A DNA stretch of 64,000 nucleotides, taken from the NCBI RefSeq assembly GCF_006345805.1, contig NC_042999.1, forward strand, positions 50,220,001 through 50,284,000. Direction: 5' to 3'. The notes beneath the pieces are model-generated. The model saw only the letters and a program-made list of their open reading frames with translations. It was not told the DNA's origin and ran no database searches. The stretch comes from Octopus sinensis. Lineage: Eukaryota. Positions 50,398-63,554 of this stretch are shown here, piece by piece (position 1 is the first letter of the stretch; every line of letters starts with the position of its first letter). Position numbers and translations under genes: made by a program.

Positions 50398-52254
50398 TTC
50401 ACATTTGTATATACATATATCACTCCATTATCCTCATCATTTTATATCTGCTTCATCTGATGGTAGTACACTTTTAGCAGGTACTTCTCTATGTCACAGC
50501 ATTTAGAGAACAAAACTGATCTTTTATTCAAAAACATTCACAAAATCCTGATCCCATTCAACTCCAATCACCTTTCAGCTGCATATATATATAAAATCTT
50601 TACCTTCCATTGATGGATGGTTTCCATCATGCCATTATTTCCCACACTTAATGTCAAAATTAACACCATGTTTTTTTGAATGCAATTCGGTAATGTTGTG
50701 CTATTCTCCTATTCCTTAAATCTGGTGTCTAGTAAACCCAATATTGTTTAATCCTAACCTTCAATAAATTAGCCTTACTAATGCAGTATTTATGCTCTAC
50801 AGTTGTGGCCAAAAGTCTGGAACATTTTTTTAAAAATTAAAATTGTTAGGTCCAAGCACAATTCAATTCAAATATATACAAGATATATCTGGGCATTTAA
50901 TATAAAAATTCTAATTTTCAGACATTTTGCCATTTCTGTATAGTATGATTTGTTTTAGTTGAAATGACTTCTAGTTCATACATTACCAAACCTGCATTGT
51001 GTTTGACATAAATATATCACATCATCATCCTCATCATCATTTAACGTCTACTTTCCTTGCTGGCATGGGTTGGACGGTTTGACAAAAACTGACTAGGTAG
51101 AAAACTGCACCAGACTTTAGTGCCTGTTTTGACATGGTTTTTATGGCTGGCTGTCCTTCCTAAAACCAACCACCCCACAGAGGGTTGTATGTGGAAATGT
51201 ATGGTAGGGCTTTGGGTTGTAAATACGTCTTTGATTTGGAATGTCTGAGTTCATGGATGTTGAGTTGTAGGGCCTGCTGAAAGCATCTAATTTCTCCAAA
51301 ATTTAATTGTTTTCTATACTTAAAGTTGAAAAAGTGACAATGACTGAAACTGGTACTGAAATGTTTTTTATAAATTATTTTAGCATTTTCTACCTTGACT
51401 TTTTTTCCATATGTATATAAATATTCTTTTATCTGTTTCAGTATTTTGACTGCAACCAAGCTGAAGCACTGCCTTTAGTCAAACAATTTGATCCCAGCAC
51501 TTATTCTTTGTAAGCCTAGTACTTATTCTATCGTTATCTTTTGACAAAATGCTAAGTTATGGAGACATAAACATACCAACATCAATTGTCAAGCTATGGT
51601 GGGGGGACAAACACAGATACACAAACATATGCATACATATATCAAGGTGCCAAGCAGTGGAACTGAACCTAGAACCATGTAGTTGGGAAGCAAGCTTCTT
51701 ACCACAGAGCTACGCCTGTGCCAATACACAATATTTTATCGTTTGGTTGTTTCAGTCATCAAACTGTACCTACACATTGGCATGAAATTGAAGAATTTTA
51801 GTCTAATGAACTAAACCCCTAATACTCATATTTTTTAAGCCTGGTATATATTCTATCCATGTCTCTTACAAAACTGCTAAGTTATAGGGATGTAAACACA
51901 CTGGGGCTGGTGAGAGACAAACACAAACACAAGCACACACACACACACACATGCACACCCACACATCCCCACACACATGTTATGTATATACGACGGGGTT
52001 TCAGTTCCCGCCAACCAAATCTACTCACAGGGCTTTGGTCAGCCTGAGGCTATAACAGAATACAACTGTGCAAGGTACCACGCAGTGGGAATGAACCTGG
52101 AACCATGAGGTTGGGAAGAAAACTTTTTACCACAACACACCTGTGTATATTTTAAAGAGGTCCAACAGGTCTCGGGGTCTGAGGGTCTGACCATAGAGTT
52201 AAACCTTTTGTGAACAGGAAACCAAAGGTAACCCCATAAACCAGCCTTCACTAG

Positions 52255-52264
52255 GGGAAAAAAA

Positions 52265-52311
<47 letters not shown>

Positions 52312-52602
52312 GCTCACACACATGTATGTATGTAAAATTGGCTGGGTTATGAGTTTTTATTTTGAAAATATTTATTCTATTATATAAAGTTAATGCTGTC
52401 CAATTTTTACCGTTATCTTTTACTGGAATTTTGGAACATAAAAACTAAAAGTTTAAACATGTGAAATTGAAAACTTGTTCTCTTTGTCCCTCTACCTCTT
52501 TCTCTCTCTTTCTCATATGATATATGTGTACATATACCCTATATGTGTGTGTGTGTGTGCGTGTACATATAAATTTTATACATAAGTATGCATATACATA
52601 GG

Positions 52603-52634
<32 letters not shown>

Positions 52635-52800
52635 TGTTTGTGTGTGTGTGTGTATATGTATATATATATATGTATATATATATGTATATATATGTATGTA
52701 TATAAGTATTTATAAGTGTGTGCGTTTCTATATATGTTTGAATGTATGTGTATATATATGTATGAGTATGTATGTATGTATGTATGTATGTATGTATGAA
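52255..52800. repeat. Microsatellite-rich block (TA/TG/TATG)
   Basis: Directly visible. Confidence 0.9.
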
Positions 52801-53171
52801 ATGTCTTTGACTACTAGCTGCCTTGTTTCCAATTTTACTTTCTTAATATCTTAAGAGTATTTGTCTCTTGGTATTCTTTTTTAACAAAAATATCAGCTAA
52901 AGGAAGACGTTAAAAAAAACAAATAAACAGAACAAATAAAGAGAGATAGTTTTTTAACAAAGATTAAATTGGAAGTAAAAACAAAGATTCCAAAAGTAAT
53001 TAGAGTGAAAATATCCTGATTCTATAGAGTTAAAAAAAGCAGAAAAGTAATTTTTAAAGAGTGAGAATTTAGAATAGAAGAACAAAGTGAATATGCTATA
53101 AACTACCATGTTTTGTAATATTTTTGTCTTCTTGAATTTTTACAATAACAGTAGTAAAACTTCAGTACTTA

Positions 53172-53581
53172 TACTCTCTTTTACTCTTTTACTTGTTTTA
53201 GTCTTTTGACTGTGGCCATGCTGGAGCACTGCCTTTAGTCGAGCAAATCGACCCCAGGACTTATTCTTTGTAAACCTAGTACTTATTCTATCAGTCTGTT
53301 TTGCCAAACTGCTAATTTACGGGGATGTAAACCCACCACCACCGGTTGTCAAGTGATGTTGGGGGGACAAACACAGACACACAAACATATACACACACAT
53401 ATATATATACATATATACGACAGGCTTCTTTCAGTTTCCGTCTACCAAATCCACTCACAAGGCTTTGGTCAGCCCGAGGCTATATTAGAAGACACTTACC
53501 CAAGGTGCCACGCAATGGGACTGAACCTGGAATCATGTGGTTGGTAAGCAAGCTACTTACCACACAGCCACTCCTGCGCCT
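53172..53581 (-). mobile_element. SINE family A, full length
   Basis: Colinear with the other family A copies. Confidence 0.92.
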
Positions 53582-54095
53582 TATATTGCAAAGTCTCGTT
53601 TTTATATATTTTACTGTAGATATTTCAGAAGTCTTTATCTTAGGATAGTTAGTATACTAGTATACTTGCATATCTTATTTCTTTATTGCCCACATGGAGC
53701 TAAGTAAATTTGCATATCTGCTTCCCCACCACCACACTTTTGCGATCACGTGACTGATGAGGCTATCAGATGTTGTTACACACCACTGGTTACAATGTGC
53801 ATGTGCATTGTTTAAGCCTTCAAATGATACCACCCCGCTGGCTAGGTGAGCAGGCCAGCATTCCCCACTGATCAAAAGGGAGACTGGAGCAACATGAAAT
53901 GTGCCACCCACCCAGGAAATTGAACCCATGATCTAGCAATAATAAGGGCCACATGCTTTCTCAAAAAAATATCCTTTGAAATTATGTCAACAAGATACAG
54001 ACTGCATAAGATGGTTATGACAACCCTTATTATTGTAAAACTTAAATTAATACAATTATTATAAATATTAAACATAGAAAAAGAAAGATAATTTA

Positions 54096-54308
54096 TTCCT
54101 TCAGTATTCAGCTTTCTTTGTCAAATTTATTGCTTATTTATTCACATTGTTTTGAATTAACGACATCATTTTACAGCTTCAAGATGTTAATGGTGTGTTT
54201 TTATATTTTTAGGCTGACATTGTAGGGCAGGAGTGAGAGGTTGAATCTGGTCAGTTTTAACATAAAAGAATATTTGGGCTGGATATTGCCAGATTAAACA
54301 CAAAAGGG
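54096..54308. mobile_element. piggyBac-type MITE (family P2)
   Basis: Homologous to 40866-41080; ends AAAAGGG-TTAA. Confidence 0.7.
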
Positions 54309-54312
54309 TTAA

Positions 54313-54532
54313 CCCTTTCGTTACTGTATTTATTTTGAGATGCTCTGCGTTTCTTTCAATTACTTAAAATATAACAAAGAATTTTGTAAAGTAACTTAGT
54401 TATCATTCAGCTAGTGCTAGGAACATAAATTGTGACTAAGCTTTGATGGAAGATTTTAATTCAGAACTTTTGAAAACAAGACATTTATACTGAGAGCCAG
54501 AGCCGGTTTCAGCCGGGTTGGTAACGAAAGGG
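54313..54532. mobile_element. piggyBac-type MITE (family P1)
   Basis: TTAA-CCCTTTCGTTAC...GTAACGAAAGGG-TTAA, 12-bp perfect TIR. Confidence 0.9.
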
Positions 54533-54789
54533 TTAAAGACACTTTCTCTCCATATCATCTGTTGTTGCTCAATGTAGGTTAGACTTACCTGGCTTGTAGT
54601 ATAATGCTCAACATCAGGCCTTAATTGATTGTAATATTTTGAAGATGTTCGAATCTCAATAGAGCACAAAAAACCTGTTCAATTACGTTAATATTGTTGG
54701 CAGAGATGCACAAAGAGAAAACTGAAGACCTACCAGAGCTAATGAATGAAAGAGATTTCTGATGCAGCATGGTGATACACACACGTGTT

Positions 54790-54821
<32 letters not shown>

Positions 54822-56000
54822 CATGTATACGCACACATATATGTATATGTATATGTATATGTAAGTATGTATGTGTGTATGTATGTATAAAACCATTTTT
54901 GTTTCCCATGCTATGATATACTTGGTCAATTAATAATCTGTATGAAAGATGATAAAAATCTACAATTCCATGATGGCAATGTAGTATATCACTGACAAAT
55001 GATGATATCTGAAGATGAAAAACATTTATCATTTATTTGAAAGAATCTTAGTTTGAATATTAATGTCGACATGACTAAGACAGCTTAGAATTGATTCTAG
55101 CCTTTATTTCTATAGATTCAAGCAATACTGACATCATTTGACTTCTCTACTATAGATGAAAAAAAAAATGTAAAAATCAGGAAAGAACATTTATTTTGAA
55201 TTAGATCAACAAATCTACTTTGATATAAGAAGAAAATTTTTTCTAACAATCTTTGTATTATATTCTAATATTTTTGTATTTTTTAATTGGTGACAGACAA
55301 TTTCTATAAAACTTTGTTGAATTTTATTGAACTTTTCATCTACAACACACACATATATGTATGCATGTATGTATACACACACATATACATACAATATATA
55401 TACATACATACATATGTGTGCATGTGTATATGTTTGCATATGTATATGTATGTACACATATAGGTATATACACATACAGGTAGAAAGAGAGAAAATAATC
55501 TATAAATTTTGTTTATGATTTGTTTTTTAGGTCAAATTGATAAAAATTTTATTTGTTATAAAATTTGGAACTGCCGAGGATAATAGTTAGGATTATAGGC
55601 TATCAAAAGATCAAGCACAATATAAATTTTTCTTCAGATTAAAATGATCTATTTACTAAATTATACAGGAAGATGGTAATAAATATTTGAGAATAGGTAA
55701 TAAATATTTTGGAAATGGTAATAAATTTGTCATCTGAAATATTTACTATAAGAAGCGTTTGAAGATAGCAAAATTTAGAATGGAAATATTCAAGAAAGCA
55801 CTTTTTGGTTTCTTTATGTTTCTAAAAATACAACTGAAGATGGTGAGGTAGTTTAAGTGCAAAGAAAAAAGAAGAATTTTAACGTCACTTTTAGTTAAGT
55901 ATATTTAGAAGTAATTGTTAAACCATGCTTCACTGATGAGGTCTAATAAGGCTGGGATATGTGTTAAGTTATCACAGTATTACTCAATGTCAGATTCACT

Positions 56001-56310
56001 CCAGGCATGGTTGTGTAGTAAGAAGCTTGCATCCCAACCACACGCTTTTGGGTTCAGTCCCACTGTGTGACACCTTAAGTAAGTATACACATATGCATGT
56101 GTGTGTGTGTGTGTATTTGTCCCACACACACACACACCAACACCTGACAACTGGTGTTGGTGTGTTTACATCCACATAACTTAGGGGTTTGACAAAAGAG
56201 ACTGACAGAATAAGTATCGGGCTCAACAAAAAAATAAGAACTGGGGTCGATTCCTTCAACAAACCATTCTTCCAGGTTTAGCTCCAGTCTAATGTCTGAA
56301 AGAAGTAAAA
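56001..56310 (+). mobile_element. SINE family A (diverged)
   Basis: Head, body and decayed tail. Confidence 0.8.
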
Positions 56311-56335
56311 TGTAAAAAAAGAATATAATTCAAAC

Positions 56336-56733
56336 TCTCTACTCTTTTACTCTTTTACTTGTTTCAGTCATTTGACTGTGGCCATGCTGGAGCACCGCCT
56401 TTAGTCGAGCAAATCGACCCCAGGACTTATTCTTTGTAAGCCCAGTACTTATTCTATCAGTCTCTTTTGCCGAACTGCTAAATGACGGGGACGTAAACAC
56501 ACCAGCATCGGTTGTCATAGGGGGACAAACACAGACACACAAACACACACATACACATATATATATATATACATATATACGACAGGCTTCTTTCAGTTTC
56601 TGTCTACCAAATCCACTCACAAGGCATTTGTCGGCCCGGGGCTACAGCAGAAGACACTTGCCCAAGATGCCACGCAGTGGGACTGAACCCGGAACCATGT
56701 GGTTGGTTAGCAAGCTACTTACCACACATCCAC
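56336..56733 (-). mobile_element. SINE family A, full length
   Basis: Colinear; tail-to-tail with the previous copy. Confidence 0.92.
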
Positions 56734-56920
56734 TGCCTTTCTTGATTAAAATTAGTTATTAAGATAATTATTTTTCCTCTTCTGTACAGGTGTGATTTTA
56801 ATCAACTAAAATTTCTATTATAAGATCAGCATAAATTAAGAATGTTAGTAAAATGTGTACTAACATACAATAAGTATGTTAGTGTCTACTATACTCAGAC
56901 ATTATCCAGTTGACTAAGAT

Positions 56921-57255
56921 CATCATCATCGTTTAATGTCCGCTTTCCATGCTAGCATGGGTTGGACAATTTGACTGAGGACTGGCGAACCAGATGGCTG
57001 CACCAGGCTCCAATCTTGATCTGGCAGAGTTTCTGCAGCTAGATGCCCTTCCTAACGCCAACCACTCTGAGAGTGTAGTGGGTGCTTTTATGTGCCAGTC
57101 AGGCAGTACTGGCAACGGCCACGAAAAAATTGTGTATTTTTTTATTTTTTACTTTTTTTACGTGTCACCTGCACACCAGCACAAGTGCCAGTAAGGCGAC
57201 GCTGGTAATGATCACACTCGAATGGTGCTTTTGACATGCCACAGGCATGAACGCC
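56921..57255 (-). mobile_element. RTE 3' UTR copy
   Basis: (CAT)n tail plus GATGCCCTTCC block. Confidence 0.85.
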
Positions 57256-58440
57256 ATAAATAGAAAATGAACACTTAACGCAAAAGAAAATATACTTGGT
57301 CCAAGGTTTTAACAATTTTCTTGATCTACCTCAGAGATTCTTTTACTTAGCTTTACTGTCAATTAGTTAGTTCTTTGATTTTCCTTAATTGTGTATGTAA
57401 AGGTGACAGACTGGTAAAATAGCAAAGTATTGAACAATGTGTTAGTATCCTTTGTGTTAGTATCTATGTACATATATACTAATAATGTTCAATGCCCAAG
57501 AAAAACAAATCCAGTTTTCATATTCTGTGTTACATTTTGCTAAGAAAGAAATTCTTAAGTGCAAAATTTTAGCACATATTTTGGTTGTATCTTGGTATTC
57601 ATTATGCCAATAATGACAAATTGTTACATGAATTGGTCAGAATAACTTTCAATGGCTTCATATATTATTGGACATGAAAACATTTGTTATATTTAGTCTA
57701 ATTATTCTTGTGATCCTTTAATAGTTCCACAGAGGCCAGCAAGATTAACGAGTTTCATTACTAATGCAATTCAATTGATAATGAGTTAGAAGAAGTTAAT
57801 GAATTGTTAATCCTTAAATACAAAAAATTGTGTCCAAAACTATGAGTATCCCAGTTCTAAAATGGGCACACTATGTCCCAGCATGTTGTAAGAGGTGACT
57901 AAAAGAATTAGGAAAGGGAAGGGCACCCAACCATAAAACACTGCTTCAGAAAAACTGTACACAAATGTTGCTGATGAATGTTGATGTCCTATCATCTTTT
58001 CTAAAATAATAGGACATGTTAGGATGACTTGGTTGTTTTTCTGGAAAATCAAGAAACAAGATTTATATCGCCTCTTCAGTTTTTTTTTTTTAATATTAAT
58101 TTTAACTATGAGATTTTTCACAAAATTTAAAATAGCTTCCTTAAGTACTCACGTATACAGGAATGAATTTCACATGTTCTAAATGGTTGTAACAAAAACC
58201 AATGTTTTAAGTTATTGGCATTATTTTATCATTAGTTTTTATCTAGTTTTTTTACCTATCTTGCCAGGAATAGTTTTTAAAAAATGTGTACTATTTGTAC
58301 AACCTATTTGCCAGCCTGGAGAATTTGAGACAAAAAACTTAGGCACCATAGCATTTTTTGTTTTATATGGCTTAGTCAGAAGGTAAAGAGAACTACACAT
58401 ACATTTTTCAGGATCACAGAGATTGATGGGGCAGGAGAGG

Positions 58441-58672
58441 AGGTGGCGAGCTGGCAGGAACGTTAGCATGCCGGGCAAAATGCTTAGTGGTATTTCGTCT
58501 GCCACTAGGTTCTGAGTTCAAATTCCGCTGAGGTCAACTTTGCCTTTCATCCTTTCGGGGTCAATTAAATAAGTACCAGTTGCGCACTGGGGTTAATATA
58601 ATCAGCTTAATCCATTTGTCTGTCCTTGTTTGTCCCCTCTGTATGTAGCCCCTTGTGGGCAGTAAAGAAATA
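58441..58672 (+). mobile_element. SINE family B, full length
   Basis: Head to GTAAAGAAAT tail. Confidence 0.92.
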
Positions 58673-58899
58673 AATAAATAAGGAGAGGGAAATAAAAACC
58701 AGAACTCATGAACTCATGAGTTGCTGCCATAGGAAAAGGCACATTGAGATATCAAGCTATCCTCAAACTGAAGATTAGATACAAATGCCTGAAACAGAGT
58801 GGACTCAGCTTAGAATTAATGGTAGTGTATAAATAATATGATAAATTAGGTCTACTGTCCAATAATGAACATTGTCCAATCTACTTATGCATACATCAA

Positions 58900-59200
58900 T
58901 CTACCCAATTTCTACCATAAAGCTTGAGTCAACCCAAATCTATAATAAATAAGAGAGATGCACAATGGGATGATAACCAAAACTCTGTGATTGCAAAGTA
59001 TCTTCTAAACTGTCCCCACCACAATACACAAGCTGATATAGTTTGGTTTGATTTTATGACTACATATAAAATAAAGTTGGCATCAGAGTTAATGTTTAAC
59101 AACAATGCAATACTAAAATGAACACAAAATTCTAACCAGTTCATTCTGAAAGGATATTACAGTGAAGACATTGAAGAAACTACACTGGTATCATTGCAAA
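58900..59200 (+). mobile_element. Possible Penelope GIY-YIG endonuclease relic
   Basis: KRDAQWDDNQNSVIAKYLLNCPHH resembles the PLE segment RIxEH..D.NSxIxxHLxxC; weak similarity only. Confidence 0.3.
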
Positions 59201-59289
59201 GTTGCATTTGCAACAGTTACTAACCGATGTAGTGGAAATATGTAGGTCAATATTAAACTGTATCTAAACCAAAATGTAAATTAGAATTC

Positions 59290-59525
59290 TGTGGGATGAT
59301 GTCAGCAGCTGAGCCGAAGAAGAAGGGTGCAGGAGTGATGCATGCACAGGCAGGGGACAATTGGGCTTTTTCGATCAGGGTAGCCAACAGGGCTGGATGT
59401 GTGAGTGCTTCGACAAGGTAAGGGAAAAGCAGCCGCTATTTTTAGCATTCGGATCAGGCCACGTGGAAGGGTGCGCTACCACCGGAGAGGTCTGCATCGA
59501 CGAAGAGAAGGTAGGTGTCTTTACT
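59290..59525 (-). mobile_element. GC-rich LINE C-terminal relic (CR1-like)
   Basis: Minus frame LPSLRRCR...RGLIRMLKI resembles LPSLxxRRLRGDLIxxFKI. Confidence 0.4.
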
Positions 59526-60479
59526 TCAAATCTTCTGCATACACCACAAATTCATGAAATGTTACTTCATAATACTTCTTATTGCACACACACACCATCA
59601 TCATCATCATTTTAATGTCCAATTTTTCCATGCCACTATGACTCAGATAGAATTTGTTAAGGCAGATTTTGAACAGCTGGATGCCCTTCTTGTTGCTAAC
59701 ACTCATCTGTAATCGAGTAAGGTAATATTTCCCCATGACCAGACATGTTTTCATGGAAGATTGGAAATGAAGGACAACACTCGTATGACAGCGAAATTTA
59801 CTTGCAATTATCACATGATATCAAATCAAAATCATGTTATAGTTCTAAATATCAATGTAGCCTGAAAATTAATGATAGGTTTGAATGAATATTTAATGAT
59901 CTACTGATCTCTTATAACGTTTTTGATGACTTAGACACTTGAGAAAGGACAGCTCACTTTTGACCTTTTGCAGATTCTGTGAGGCTATCGAAAAGAGAAA
60001 GAAATTTTAGTTCACACATTTGAATTGAAACGCTTTCAGTAGAGCGGACTCCACTAAAAGCAGCTAACAACCAGCTTGTGGTGTCATACCAGGCAATGAA
60101 TTAAATCTGGAAGGAACAAGCTTCACTTCTTAACAATAGTTTGATCTGTACAGTAAAGTGATTTCCCAGTTGTCTTTGAGTATCTAATATCATTAAAAGT
60201 TCAGCACCCTTTATAATGCATTTCTGAACTTATAAATGAACAAAGAATGCTCATTGAAATAGTTTCAAATTTTGGCAGAAAGCTAGTAATTTTAGAGATG
60301 GGGTGGGGTAAGTTGATTCCATCAGCTCCAGTACTTGACTGGTCCTTTTTTTTATTGACCTCCAGGAGTGATGTATAGTAAAGTTGACCCAAACAGAATT
60401 TGAACTCTGAAAGTAATGGATCAGATAAAATATTGCAATGTTCTGATTCTGCCAGCTTTCCACGGTTATTTTTTTTTTT

Positions 60480-60648
60480 TCTCTCTTTTACTTGTTTCAG
60501 TCATTTGACTGCGGCCATGCTGGAGCACCGCCTTTAGTACTTATTCTATTGGTCTCTTTTGCCGAACCGCTAAGTGACGAGGATGTAAACACACCAGCAT
60601 CAGTTGTCAAGCAATGCTAGAGGGACAAACACAGACACACAAACATAT

Positions 60649-60681
<33 letters not shown>

Positions 60682-60848
60682 CATATATACGACAGGCTTC
60701 TTTCAGTTTCCGTCTACCAAATCCACTCACAAGGCTTTGGTCGGCCCGAGGCTATAGCAGAAGACACTTGCCCAAGATGCCACGAAGAGGGACTGAACCC
60801 GGAACCATGTGGCTGGTTAGCAAGCTACTTACCACACAGCCACTCCTG
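60480..60848 (-). mobile_element. SINE family A
   Basis: Colinear, with a short internal deletion. Confidence 0.9.
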
Positions 60849-61609
60849 CGGTTATGTTCATTGAAATAATGTTGTATTAGGTAAGCCCTGTAGTATAGAA
60901 AAGTGAATAAGGCATAAAAGAAATAAGCCGAGTTCAACTATCAAGACAATAAGTGAGTTGATGAAAAAAAAAATGAATGAATGACAGCAATATGCAGTAT
61001 GGCAGATCCATTTAAACCATACGAGAAGAGGAAGAAGTAAAATACTGAGACATTAAAATGTACACACATGCACAGCTATTCTCAAAGAAATGTAGTTTAT
61101 TACAAAAGTGGTTCTAACTCTTTCACAGAAATATCCAAAGCAATAACAATCCAAAACATTATTTCCATCAAATGGAAGAAAAACTAAAAGCTGGCATAAT
61201 GTTCAAGGTTATAAAACATAGATAGACATTTATATGAATGTTACCAACTCAAAGGATGTGAATAGCTAATCCAGTATCAGAGGAAAGAAAAGGTATTCAT
61301 AGGCAGGTACTTCAGAATCCTTAATTATAAGTTTTTATTCGTGAATATCATTATTTTATCAAATGTCAAAGCAATAATTATGAAAAGTTGAAGATGTCGG
61401 GCAATAACAATGGGAAAGAAAACAACTCATTTAATGTGACTAATAAAAATTCAGCTTTTAAGTAGACCATTGAAGATATGTGAACCTTCCTTAAAATGAG
61501 ATCTTTGAAGCAGGAAGTAACTCTACTATATATCATGTATTTGTGCAGGTGTTAGTGTGTGTATATATATATACGCATGTGTGTGTGTGTATGTGTATAT
61601 ATATATATA

Positions 61610-61826
61610 CAAGGGTTTGCTGAAAAGTTCCTGGCTTTGGGTAAAAGAAAATATGGGAGGAACATTTAATTATGATTTTACTCAACACATTCCCTTCTCA
61701 GATGCATACACTTATTGAAGTGGTTCTTCAGTTTTCCTAAGACAACTGAAAGAACTCAGAAAGTTGGTCCTTGAACCAAGACTTCTGTGACACCTTTAAA
61801 ACCAGAAACTTTCTAGCAACTCCTCA
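61610..61826 (-). mobile_element. Mariner-derived MITE
   Basis: Reverse-orientation homolog of 47835-48033, TA-flanked. Confidence 0.75.
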
Positions 61827-61925
61827 TATATATACATATATACATATATACATGTTTTTGGATTTGGTTTGCAATTATAAGGCACTAAAAAAGAATGACT
61901 CTCCCCAATCACAACAGAATATATA

Positions 61926-62087
61926 GGCACAGGAGTGGCTGTGTGGTAAGTAGCTTGCTTACCAACAACATGGTTCTGGGTTCAGTCCCACAGCATGGCA
62001 CATTGGGCAAGTGTCTTCTACTATAGCCTCGGGCTGACCAAAGCCTTGTGAGTGGATTTGGTAGACAGAAACTGAAAGAAGCCCATC

Positions 62088-62088
<1 letters not shown>
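61926..62088 (+). mobile_element. SINE family A 5' half
   Basis: Ends at the (TA)n tract, followed by the hammerhead-bearing repeat. Confidence 0.9.
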
Positions 62089-62127
<39 letters not shown>

Positions 62128-62211
62128 AGAGTTTACGAAAAAAGCAAAAGATGAAGACAGGTGGTGTACAAAACAAACAGATGTATTAGTATAATGCTCA
62201 GGAATAGAAAG

Positions 62212-62248
62212 TCTTTTACGTTTCGAGCCTACGCTCTTCTACAGAAAG
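62212..62248 (-). ncRNA. Hammerhead-like motif with variant core
   Basis: Minus strand CUUU-CUGUAGA-A-GAGC(GUAG)GCUC-GAAA-C-GUA-AAAG, within repeat 62125-62312. Confidence 0.62.
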
Positions 62249-62356
62249 GGACACAGAAAAAACAAGGAGAGTAAAAAAAAAATGTGTGTAGTGGCTAACG
62301 ATCTATCATGGCATCATATATATATATGTGTATATGTATATATATATGCATACATA

Positions 62357-63214
62357 CAGGGTGGGTGGAAAGTAACTAGGTATTAGAAATTGCTTATAGA
62401 ATTTTTAGTATCACTGAAGTCATGACGAAAATATTTTTTAAACAGGCAACATTAATTGGGATTTTTTTATTGTCTTATTTCTTATTTTCCAGGTGGCCTG
62501 TTGCTTCACTGTTCAGAAGTGAGCTAAAATAGCAGCATGCTATGAAGTGTGGAATTACATTGTTTTGATTCAGAGACGGTGACATTCATGGAAATGTAAG
62601 CATGCAACACTATATCCAGAGACAATAGAAATTTGTCATGCAAAACAGATGACCACAAGCTCTGTGAGTGATGCAAGAAGTGGCCATACAACCACATCCC
62701 AGTCAGTGGAAAACGTGGCAACAGTGCAGGAAATGCTTAATTGTAGCCCACAAAAATCAACACATTAAGCAGCTCATGAAAATGGACTAACAAGACACAC
62801 AATGCATACAGTGTTGGAAACCCCATTATGTGAAGGAGCTAAAACCTGAATATTGTGACTGCAGAAGTCCAGAATCCAAGAAGTCCAAACCTCACACCAT
62901 GTGATTTTTGCCTGTGGGGTTACACAAAAGAAGAAGTGCACAAGACAATACTTTGCACACTGGAGGACTTGGAGACACAGATTCTGGGGGTTCTCAATGA
63001 TATCCCAAACAATGTCCTTCAGAAGGTTACTCATCACGAGCCTGGCTTTTTGAGAAAACCGGTTGATGCCACTGGTGCTTACATTGAAATATAAAGATTT
63101 ACTTTCATTTTCCCATGTAATAAAGAACATGTGTCATTTGTTTCAATAAATTTGGAAAAGGAATATGGATTTTATTACCAATTTTTAATGCCTACTTACT
63201 TTTCTCTCACCCTG
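62357..63214 (+). mobile_element. rosa/DD41D-like Tc1/mariner element, internally deleted, both TIRs present
   Basis: TA-CAGGGTGGGTGGAAAGTAACTAG ... CTACTTACTTTTCTCTCACCCTG-TA; ENVATVQEMLNCSPQKST and PRSPNLTPCDFCLWGYTKEEV...GAYIEI*. Confidence 0.88.
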
Positions 63215-63554
63215 TATACACATCTACACACATACACACACTATTACTCACACACTCATACATATCAAAAAGGATAAAAGATCCTTCCTAAGTCACAGGC
63301 TCTTAAGACCAGTTACTTGACCACAGTGAAATATATATTTCCTCCTGGATGGGATGCTGGTCAATCACAGAATTACTCAGTTTGCTATCTGAGTGAACTG
63401 GAGCAATGTGAAATGGAATATCTGGCTCAAGAGTACAACACACCACCCAGTCCAGAAATCAAAACCCCAATCTTACAATCATGAATGCAACACCCTACCA
63501 ACTAATCCACATGCTTCCATATATATATATATATATATATACGTATATTCTTTT

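Noticed and set aside
55925-55965. Possible hammerhead CTGATGAGGTCTAATAAGGCTGGGA
   Set aside because: The GAAA box is absent (GGGA) and helix I cannot be formed; at best a dead relic.
59296-59418. Plus-strand first-exon candidate MMSAAEPKKKG...|GTAAGG
   Set aside because: The GC-rich block is better explained as an antisense CR1-like C-terminal fragment; no independent support.
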